A program made the translations under genes and the position numbers. Positions 56,799 to 64,000 of a stretch of DNA of 64,000 bases are shown in pieces. Source of the stretch: an uncultured Nitrospinaceae bacterium (GTDB lineage: Bacteria > UBA8248); contig CAXFSR010000043.1 in NCBI GenBank assembly GCA_964005815.1, positions 99,307 through 163,306 of the forward strand. The letters are read 5' to 3'. The number at the start of each line of letters is the position of its first letter. Positions within the stretch are counted from its first letter, which is position 1. The notes under the pieces were generated by a model that worked only from the letters and a program-made list of their open reading frames with translations, made no database searches and was not told the DNA's origin.

Positions 56799-57791
56799 TT
56801 ACGACAACCCTGCTCTGTTACTTTCCTTTACTTGTCTATTCACTAAATTTATTGGCCACTCCCCAGAGAGTACACGCTTAACTTCATTAGGTGCTCCCTT
56901 TTGTAAACCAACCATAGATTCTTCGCTATACCAAGCAGCATGAGGATTAATAATAACATTCTCTCGATTTCTTAGTGGATGGGAATTAGGTAAAGGTTCA
57001 GGGTCGGTCGTGTCTAAAGCACAACCAGCAATTTTTCCATTGTCCAATGCTTTCACCAAAGCATCTGTTTCGATAATTGGACCTCTCGAACAATTTACCA
57101 AATAAACAGAAGATTTCATTAAATCAAAAGCAGAATCATTAACCATACCTCTCGTTTCATCTATGAGTGGGGGATGAACTGAAATATAGTCAGAATCTTT
57201 ATACAATTCTTCTAATTCTACCTTTTTAGCAGGAATATCAAATTGACCATCTTCGACAAATGGGTCACTGAAGAGGATCTTCATTCCAAATGAAACTGCT
57301 CTTTCAGCAACCATTCTTGCAATATTACCAAAACCAATTAGGCCCAGAGTACTACCAGACAAACGAAAAATTGGTTTGCCAGGAGGCACTTCCCATTTTC
57401 CATTTCGTACAGATCTATCATAAAAAGAAACTTTCCTCGCAGTAGAAAGAAGAAGTGCCATAGTATGTTCCGCGACTTCTTCAATACAATACGTTGGATT
57501 ATTAGTAACAATTATCCCACAATCAGTAGCAGCATCAAGATCAATAGTATCCACTCCTATACCATAACGTGCAATTATTTTACAATTTGACATCTTTTCC
57601 ATATGCTCACGAGTTATTGGACCTGCATATGTATTTAATAAAGCCTCACAATCTGAAGCTTCTTCAATAAATTCGTCCGGTGACTTAGTTTGCATAGCTA
57701 TAATTTCACAAATTTCACCTAGAATCTCATTTTCCTGATCAAGATTATCCCAAACATAATCTGTGAGTACTACTTTAGACTTTCCCGACAT
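56799..57791 (-). CDS. D-2-hydroxyacid dehydrogenase (CtBP-like)
   Basis: ARYGIGVD, EEVAEH, GFGNIA, NCSRG, LDTTDPEP, PHAAWYS. Confidence 0.92.
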   Translation of the reverse strand: MSGKSKVVLTDYVWDNLDQENEILGEICEIIAMQTKSPDEFIEEASDCEALLNTYAGPITREHMEKMSNCKIIARYGIGVDTIDLDAATDCGIIVTNNPTYCIEEVAEHTMALLLSTARKVSFYDRSVRNGKWEVPPGKPIFRLSGSTLGLIGFGNIARMVAERAVSFGMKILFSDPFVEDGQFDIPAKKVELEELYKDSDYISVHPPLIDETRGMVNDSAFDLMKSSVYLVNCSRGPIIETDALVKALDNGKIAGCALDTTDPEPLPNSHPLRNRENVIINPHAAWYSEESMVGLQKGAPNEVKRVLSGEWPINLVNRQVKESNRAGLS

Positions 57792-57937
57792 AATAATCCC
57801 CTTAAATCTTCTCTATTAGTAATAATCTCAGTCTTAGCTAATACGACATATTAAAACATAAAAAATTTTAAATTTCATTCTCTGATAAAAGATTATATAA
57901 TGACTCAACTATTAGTTTAGCCCTATAGGAATCTAAT

Positions 57938-58510
57938 TTGTACGATAAAACAATTCAAAACTTACGTCTTCATGCTGATGATTGTATTTTAGTTATAGTA
58001 GATACACAGGAACGCTTAATGTCATCTATGGAAGAAAAAGTAAGGGTTCTGGTTTCAAAAAATATTTCTATATTAATTCAAGTAGCCCAATACTTAAAGA
58101 TTCCCATAATAATCACAGAACAGTACCCAAAAGGCCTAGGGAAAACATTAAATGAAATAAGTTCTATCGCAACCAATATTATTCCTCTTGAGAAAATTTC
58201 ATTCAGTTGTATGGGTTCTGAAGAATTTTCCAATTCAATAAGAAATCTAAAAAGAACCAAAATTTTATTAACTGGTGTTGAAACCCATATTTGCTGCTAT
58301 CAGAGTACTCTAGACTTACTTGAAAGTGGATTTATTGTTCATGTCATCTCCGATGCGACATGTTCAAGAAATAAACATAATTGGCAAATTGCTCTAAACT
58401 CTCTAAAAGATGCTGGCTCGTATATTTCGACAACAGAACAAGTTATTTTTGATCTTGCTCGTGTTGCGGGAACTGATGTGTTTAAATTGATTTCATCCTT
58501 AGTAAAATAG
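57938..58510 (+). CDS. Isochorismatase family cysteine hydrolase
   Basis: VDTQERL, TEQYPKGLG, EKISFS, GVETHICC (Asp-Lys-Cys triad). Confidence 0.9.
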   Translation: MYDKTIQNLRLHADDCILVIVDTQERLMSSMEEKVRVLVSKNISILIQVAQYLKIPIIITEQYPKGLGKTLNEISSIATNIIPLEKISFSCMGSEEFSNSIRNLKRTKILLTGVETHICCYQSTLDLLESGFIVHVISDATCSRNKHNWQIALNSLKDAGSYISTTEQVIFDLARVAGTDVFKLISSLVK

Positions 58511-58546
58511 AAATTCCAACAATTAAATTTTATTTGAAAGGTAACA

Positions 58547-59581
58547 ATGAAAGATTTAAATAAAGAAAAAATCAAAATTGCTGTGATTTATGGAGGAAGG
58601 TCAAAGGAACACGACGTAAGCGTTGAGTCTGGAGAGAGTATAATAGAAACACTCACAAATAATAATTCATACAAAGTATTCCCAATTCTAATAGACAAAG
58701 AAGGAAAATGGTTTCTTACAGAAGAAGAAGTTTTTCCCTCCACATCTCCAAATAAAGAAGGCAATCTTGTCAAGAAAAACGGAGAAAAAATAAAAATAGA
58801 TATTTTTTTTCCAATTCTTCACGGAAGGTATGGAGAAGATGGAACAATTCAGGGATTATTTGAGCTATCTGGAGCAAATTTTATAGGTTCGGATTGTAGA
58901 TCCTCCGCAATTTCAATCGACAAAGCTGTTACAAAAGCTATTCTTCGCTCATCGGGATTACCAGTACTTCCTTTTATTTCTTTTACTTCAAAAGAATGGA
59001 AAGAACAAAAAGAAAAAATTCTTACAAATTTAGAAAATACTATTGAAACCCCACTTTTTATTAAACCTGTTGCACAGGGAAGTAGTTTCGGTGTTCACTT
59101 TGTAAGAGAAAAATCCAATATTGAAAATATAATTGAAAAATCCTTCGAATTTGACGATAAGATCATGATAGAAGAATTCGCTGACGGAAGAGAGATTGAA
59201 TGCGCTATTCTAGAGAATAGAGAAAATAACCCGTCAATCCTATCAAGTCCTTTAATGGAGATAATTCCAAAAAGTGAATGGTATGATTTTGATTCTAAAT
59301 ACACCGACGGAATGGCGGATTTAATAATTCCTGCAGAGTTAGATGAATCTACAAAAAAGAAAATACAAGAATATGCGAAATCTGCATTCAGGATTATTGG
59401 ATGTTCTGACCTAGCAAGAGTTGATTTTTTTTACAGAGAAGCAGAAGGCGAAATATTCATCAATGAAGTCAACACTCTCCCAGGTTTTACCAAATTAAGT
59501 GGTTTTCCAAAAATGATAGATGCAGCAGGAATTTCTTACGAAATGATGATAGAAATTTTAATAGAAAATAACAGAAAATAA
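58547..59581 (+). CDS. ddl: D-alanine--D-alanine ligase
   Basis: GGRSKEHDVS, LHGRYGEDG, GSSFG, GREIEC, YDFDSKY, EVNTLPGF. Confidence 0.95.
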   Translation: MKDLNKEKIKIAVIYGGRSKEHDVSVESGESIIETLTNNNSYKVFPILIDKEGKWFLTEEEVFPSTSPNKEGNLVKKNGEKIKIDIFFPILHGRYGEDGTIQGLFELSGANFIGSDCRSSAISIDKAVTKAILRSSGLPVLPFISFTSKEWKEQKEKILTNLENTIETPLFIKPVAQGSSFGVHFVREKSNIENIIEKSFEFDDKIMIEEFADGREIECAILENRENNPSILSSPLMEIIPKSEWYDFDSKYTDGMADLIIPAELDESTKKKIQEYAKSAFRIIGCSDLARVDFFYREAEGEIFINEVNTLPGFTKLSGFPKMIDAAGISYEMMIEILIENNRK

Positions 59582-59627
59582 TTTATTTTCAAATATTTAC
59601 AAATTTAAGTTAACACAAATTCTATAT

Positions 59628-60536
59628 TTATTGTGTATAAATACTCTCTCTCGTTGAGGGATTATCATACTTTCCTTCTTTAATTGAAAATTTTTGCAAA
59701 AGCACTTGATACAAACCCAGTCCTCCTCGATAAAATGCAGTAGATGAGCATACTAGCCATAGCCTATATATCCTATATATTCGCTCTCCAACCATATCTC
59801 TAATCTTTTCTGCGTGTTCTTCAAGATTATGAAACCAATCACGACACGTTTTTGCATAATGTAATCGCAAATTCTCTACATCAAGAATTTCCCATCTTTC
59901 TTGCTCCATCACATTCATAATATTTGTTATATTATCTAATTCTCCGTTTGGGAAAACATTTTTTTGGAGAAAATCATTCTGACTTGTTTCAACCCGAAAC
60001 TTTTGACAAGTGATCCCATGGTTCAGAAATAGACCATCATCTTCTAATCTGTTTCTTACATTCTTAAAGAAAGAAGGATAATTTGCAATTCCTATATGTT
60101 CGATTATTCCAATAGCAGATATCTTAGAAAACTTCTTTTCTAAGGGAAAATCTCTATAATCCATATGCAAAACTCTACATCTATCAGACAAACCTTCCCT
60201 CTTAATCCAATCACTAGCCCACTTAGCTTGTTCTTTCGAAAGAGTGACCCCAGTCGCATTTACTCCATAATGTTTGGATGCCCAAATCGCTAAACTCCCC
60301 CAACCGCAACCAATATCTAAATATGAGTCTTTAGAATGCATACGCAATTTCTTGCAAATCAAATCCATTTTATCTTTTTGGGCATTTTCTAATGTTTTTT
60401 CAGCAGATCTGTAATATGCACACGTATAGAGCATATTCTCGCACAGAAGCAATTTATAAAATTCGTTAGAAAGATCATAATGAAATGAAATTGCTTGGGC
60501 ATCTGTTGTTTTAGTTCGGTTTTCTTTAATACTCAT
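59628..60536 (-). CDS. cfa: Cyclopropane-fatty-acyl-phospholipid synthase, catalytic domain only
   Basis: AISFHYDLSNEFY, YTCAYY, AQ..KMDLICKKL, LDIGCGWG, GVTLS.EQ, DYRD, EH.G, NHGI, HYAKT. Confidence 0.88.
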   Translation of the reverse strand: MSIKENRTKTTDAQAISFHYDLSNEFYKLLLCENMLYTCAYYRSAEKTLENAQKDKMDLICKKLRMHSKDSYLDIGCGWGSLAIWASKHYGVNATGVTLSKEQAKWASDWIKREGLSDRCRVLHMDYRDFPLEKKFSKISAIGIIEHIGIANYPSFFKNVRNRLEDDGLFLNHGITCQKFRVETSQNDFLQKNVFPNGELDNITNIMNVMEQERWEILDVENLRLHYAKTCRDWFHNLEEHAEKIRDMVGERIYRIYRLWLVCSSTAFYRGGLGLYQVLLQKFSIKEGKYDNPSTRESIYTQ

Positions 60537-60548
60537 TTTTCCCTCAAA

Positions 60549-61676
60549 TCATCCTATCCCGAACGCGCCCTCTAAAACAAAACGCCTTCTTAACCAAGCA
60601 TTCTTACACATTATCTTCGCGATATTTTGTGTAAAATTACTAGGCAATAATTCTATAAACTTATCCCCCAAGGTAATCTGACCATTCCCATAAAGTGTGT
60701 AAATTTGTTCTTGATAGTTATCAAGACTTTTATAAGAATCAAGAAAATCTATTATATTCTCGCTTGCCAAATTTGAACTCTTAATTGCCGGACCTATACC
60801 CTCACCACTGAAATCTTGGGCGAGACCAGCAGCATCTCCAACTAGTAGAAATCTTTCACCTATAATACTCCTAACAGATGTTCTATATATAGAATACGCA
60901 TGTCCTTTAAATTTAGTAAGACAAATTCCTTCTCTTATCCTTCCAGATTTTCTGAGAATTCCCAAAAATCTTTTTAATCTTTCGTGAACACTTGGTTCTT
61001 TTCCAATACAACCTACTCCAATATTAAGATAATCGCCTTTCGTAAAATACCAAGCATATCCATTAAAATCAGGTTCCGGAAACAACTCAGGCAAACCATA
61101 ATTTGGAGCAATTGATTCCAAGACATTAGTACCTATATTTGTTTCACTCTCTTGTGTTAAAACAACCGATTCCTCTGATGAAATTGAACCAGAAATTCTT
61201 GCAACTGGACAAGTATGCCCACCTGCTCCAACAACAATGGTAGATTTAAATTCTTCTTTATCTGAATAAATCGTAACTGAATCATTGTTAAATTTTATAT
61301 TTCGGACACGCACTCCGCAACGGACATCCACACCTTCTTCTTTTGCTCGATTCAATAAAAAATGATCAAATTCATATCGGATGATTCCATAACTAGCGGG
61401 TTCATCCCACTTTGTCTCATAAGACTTACCTTCACAATCAATAAATATCGAAGAAAATGGTTGAATCGTTAAGGGATAGTCATCTGGATCTAATTCAAGG
61501 TCAATCAACGCCTGCTTCGTAACCCAACCAGCACATAATTTAACACGAGGAAACATTGAAGAGTCTAATAGTAAAACTTTTTTTTTGGATAAAGCAAGTT
61601 TTCTGGCAACGGTACTGCCAGCAGGACCTCCACCTACGACAATCACATCCCACAATTTTGAATTTACAACATCCAT
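60549..61676 (-). CDS. Geranylgeranyl reductase-like FAD-dependent oxidoreductase
   Basis: VGGGPAGS, FPRVKLCAG, RYEFD..LL, GYAWYF.KG..LNIGVG, VGDAAG....SGEGI. Confidence 0.88.
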   Translation of the reverse strand: MDVVNSKLWDVIVVGGGPAGSTVARKLALSKKKVLLLDSSMFPRVKLCAGWVTKQALIDLELDPDDYPLTIQPFSSIFIDCEGKSYETKWDEPASYGIIRYEFDHFLLNRAKEEGVDVRCGVRVRNIKFNNDSVTIYSDKEEFKSTIVVGAGGHTCPVARISGSISSEESVVLTQESETNIGTNVLESIAPNYGLPELFPEPDFNGYAWYFTKGDYLNIGVGCIGKEPSVHERLKRFLGILRKSGRIREGICLTKFKGHAYSIYRTSVRSIIGERFLLVGDAAGLAQDFSGEGIGPAIKSSNLASENIIDFLDSYKSLDNYQEQIYTLYGNGQITLGDKFIELLPSNFTQNIAKIMCKNAWLRRRFVLEGAFGIG

Positions 61677-62029
61677 ATTTTTATTCCAAAAATTATTTTT
61701 TTCATAAATGAAATCTCTAAATAATCAAAGCAATCTGCTGCTGCAATCGACTCAAACAAATCTCCTTCTATATCTATCAACTGATCACAATATGCCTCCG
61801 CAAAATTTGCGGCCGAGGGATTTAATAAAATTTTTTTTAAAATTTTCATAGATGAAAAATGAATCTTTACAGGTTGAACTTTTCTACCAACTTCGATTTG
61901 AGTACCGTCCCACAAAACGAATGTCAGTCCATATTCAAGATCAGAAAACAAGGAAGTCAGAATCTCAGAAAGCTTAGAAGTTCCACCATTTTCTAAAGAT
62001 TTCATTTGTGTAGTCATATTGGCCACCAA
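61664..62029 (-). CDS. Stand-alone N-terminal domain of Cfa-type methyltransferases
   Basis: F.LWDGT...G...V.I......L..IL.NP....FAEAY....IDIEGDL matches the N-terminal lipid-binding region of long Cfa proteins. Confidence 0.72.
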   Translation of the reverse strand: MVANMTTQMKSLENGGTSKLSEILTSLFSDLEYGLTFVLWDGTQIEVGRKVQPVKIHFSSMKILKKILLNPSAANFAEAYCDQLIDIEGDLFESIAAADCFDYLEISFMKKIIFGIKIWML

Positions 62030-62121
62030 AATGTGTTCTTTTATTGAAAATTTATTTTAAAAATACGACAATATGAAGTCAATAGTTCTTTTTGAAGAGT
62101 ATCAAAAAATGTAGGGGTAGA

Positions 62122-62976
62122 TTAAAAATTAATAGTCACTAATACAACACCGATTACTATTGTAATTGATGCTAACACTACTCGAGGTGTTATTTTTTCT
62201 TTGTTTCCTAAAATTAATGGCGCAAGAAAAAGAGTGAACAATGGAACTGTTGCAACTAATGGAGAAACTTTATAAACCTCGCTCTTGCTTAGCGCAAAAA
62301 GCAGAGTGAATTGAGCAGATGCCATTGCAATTCCTGAAAGAATAAAATTTCTACTACTTCTTGAATTAAAAATAAATGGCTGCCAATTATTACTCAATTT
62401 CAAGAAAATAGGCCCGAAAATAGATGCTGACAAACCTTGAGTAAATCCTGCAAGCAATAAAGATGTATGAGGTTCAATACCTGTTTTCCTTAGAGCATGA
62501 GCCAATCCAAAACACATTGCAGAAATTAGAGGAAGGAAAAGAAACTTCGATCTTCCCATTTTCTTTCTGTCTCCTCCCGAAATAAAAACTATGCCCATAA
62601 CCACAAGAATGATTCCAATCCAAACAAAAAGAGATGGCCTTTCTCCAAGAATAAAAAAGGCAGACAATGCCCCGAAGATTGCATGGGTGTTCGAAACTGC
62701 ATTTGTTCTAGCAACTCCAATACGTTCTATAGACATAAAAAGAAATAATAAAGAAAGAGCGGGAGACGACAATCCAGCTAAAATAAAAAACCACATATTG
62801 TTTGCAAATGTAAAATTTGAGAAGTCCACAAAAAAGAGTGAAAATGCAAAAAGAAGAAATTGAGTTTGCAAGACTACAAAACTACCTGTTTGCGGGGTAC
62901 TAGAATCCAACCCTCTTCGAGTTAGTATGCTTGATAAAGCAAAGAAAAAAGCGGGAATCAACCCAAGAAAATCTAT
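62122..62976 (-). CDS. DMT/EamA family transporter
   Basis: About 10 TM segments, IERIGVAR, FILGERP, VSPLVATVPLF. Start is either TTG 62961 or ATA 62976 (GGAG SD 8 nt upstream). Confidence 0.85.
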   Translation of the reverse strand: MDFLGLIPAFFFALSSILTRRGLDSSTPQTGSFVVLQTQFLLFAFSLFFVDFSNFTFANNMWFFILAGLSSPALSLLFLFMSIERIGVARTNAVSNTHAIFGALSAFFILGERPSLFVWIGIILVVMGIVFISGGDRKKMGRSKFLFLPLISAMCFGLAHALRKTGIEPHTSLLLAGFTQGLSASIFGPIFLKLSNNWQPFIFNSRSSRNFILSGIAMASAQFTLLFALSKSEVYKVSPLVATVPLFTLFLAPLILGNKEKITPRVVLASITIVIGVVLVTINF

Positions 62977-63007
62977 TGTCTAATCTCCTTTAACATATAA
63001 GATTTAA

Positions 63008-63970
63008 TTATATTTCTCCGAAGACTTCTGAATTTACTAGACCTAAGGGCATCAATCCAGAAAGAGCGTCTGTAAGGTTTTTGCAGGTTTTCTCAATTGC
63101 AAGATTCTGTGTTTCAGGAGTTCTCGATGAGTTATGAGGTGAAATAAAAACGTTTTCAAGACTCCATAAAGGATGATTCTTTGGAAGTGGCTCTGGATCT
63201 GTAACATCCAATCCTGCCCCATAAATCTTTCCTGATTTGATCCCATAATAAAGATCATCAGTTACTACTATTTCACCTCTAGAAACATTAACAAGTATAC
63301 AATTTTCTTTCATAAGACTTATAGTTTCCTTGCAGATCAAACCTCTTGTTTCCTTTACTAAAGGCAAAGACAAAACAATAAAGTCTGAAATCCTAAATAT
63401 GGTTTCTAAAGATACAAACTTAATTTCAATACCTTTGCAAATAGAAGAATCCGGAGTCCTAGTATTTACGTAAATTTCCATCCCAAAACCTTTTGCAATT
63501 TGAGCAACATGCAATCCAATATTTCCTAGACCAACTATCCCTATTTTCTTTTTTGCAAGCTGAACTCCAAGTGTATGCTTCCATTCTTCTTGCGCATCAC
63601 GCATCCAAGCATGGCGTGAAATATGTAAAATCATAAGAAAAACATGTTCAGAAACTGCCTGCCCTCTCACTCCTTCTACATTACAGACCATCACTCTCGA
63701 CTCAGTTGCAAATTTCAAATCTATATTGTCTATTCCTGCACCCGGTTTTACAATGACTTTTAAATTGGTCGCTTGAGAAATCATTTCTCTTGTAACTTGA
63801 GAAAAGACGGTGACAATGGCATCCGTTTCTGGCAAATAGTGTTTTAAAACATCTATTTCAAAACTTTCTGGATATATTATCTCATTTCCAGTCCCATTCA
63901 TCTTTTTTTGTAATTCTAATTTCCAAGCAGGGGACGTGAGCAATGGATCTACAGCCAAAATCCTTCCCAA
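63008..63970 (-). CDS. D-2-hydroxyacid dehydrogenase (SerA/GhrB-like)
   Basis: GAGIDNID, AVSEH, GLGNIG, NVSRG, LDVTDPEP, SPH. Confidence 0.92.
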   Translation of the reverse strand: MGRILAVDPLLTSPAWKLELQKKMNGTGNEIIYPESFEIDVLKHYLPETDAIVTVFSQVTREMISQATNLKVIVKPGAGIDNIDLKFATESRVMVCNVEGVRGQAVSEHVFLMILHISRHAWMRDAQEEWKHTLGVQLAKKKIGIVGLGNIGLHVAQIAKGFGMEIYVNTRTPDSSICKGIEIKFVSLETIFRISDFIVLSLPLVKETRGLICKETISLMKENCILVNVSRGEIVVTDDLYYGIKSGKIYGAGLDVTDPEPLPKNHPLWSLENVFISPHNSSRTPETQNLAIEKTCKNLTDALSGLMPLGLVNSEVFGEI

Positions 63971-64000
63971 AACATTCTCCTCTTTACCAGTTCACTCTTC

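Noticed and set aside
1-64000. CRISPR arrays, tRNA/rRNA genes, IS elements, prophage
   Set aside because: No regularly spaced direct repeats, cloverleaf signatures, transposase/integrase or phage genes were recognised by eye; a covariance-model scan would be needed to exclude small ncRNAs.

Overview
AT-rich (roughly one-third GC by eye), densely coding bacterial chromosomal segment of about 70 genes. No rRNA, tRNA, CRISPR array or mobile element was recognised. In order it contains: two tandem double-domain CMD/AhpD-fold genes downstream of an Fe3+/polyamine-type ABC transporter; an SDR and a CocE/NonD hydrolase; a Liv-type ABC transporter lacking LivF, followed by an M20 hydrolase; mce, capA, a cupin and a leuB-like gene; a complete variant System I cytochrome c maturation operon (ccmE-F-I-X-A-B-C-D-H plus two TlpA); ilvC; a fatty-acid desaturase with a long C-terminal tail; many catabolic oxidoreductases (SDRs, MDRs, three Ldh_2 paralogues, a split UxaA/SuyAB-like pair, an ACAD-fold protein and a DHDPS-fold aldolase); a DUF3090/SCO1664 pair; a Rieske/cytochrome b operon with an octaheme cytochrome c; a polyferredoxin, rel and ddl; and a split cyclopropane-synthase locus. 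Manual translation added ORFs missing from the supplied track: a partial CMD paralogue (1-796), CcmD (20596-20721), a 31-aa hydrophobic ORF (39792-39887), a 34-aa ORF ending the bc operon (52983-53087) and a 55-aa KPDNIPI peptide (53678-53845). The two best candidates for an undescribed system are (1) a highly fragmented Rieske/cyt b complex (octaheme c, b6-type cyt b with the heme c_i Cys, APWY subunit IV and two micro-subunits, one on the opposite strand) and (2) a Cfa methyltransferase split into two genes around a GGR-like flavin reductase. Gene content suggests a marine heterotroph, possibly Nitrospinota/Tectomicrobia-related; this is inference only. All family calls come from motif recognition, not database searches.
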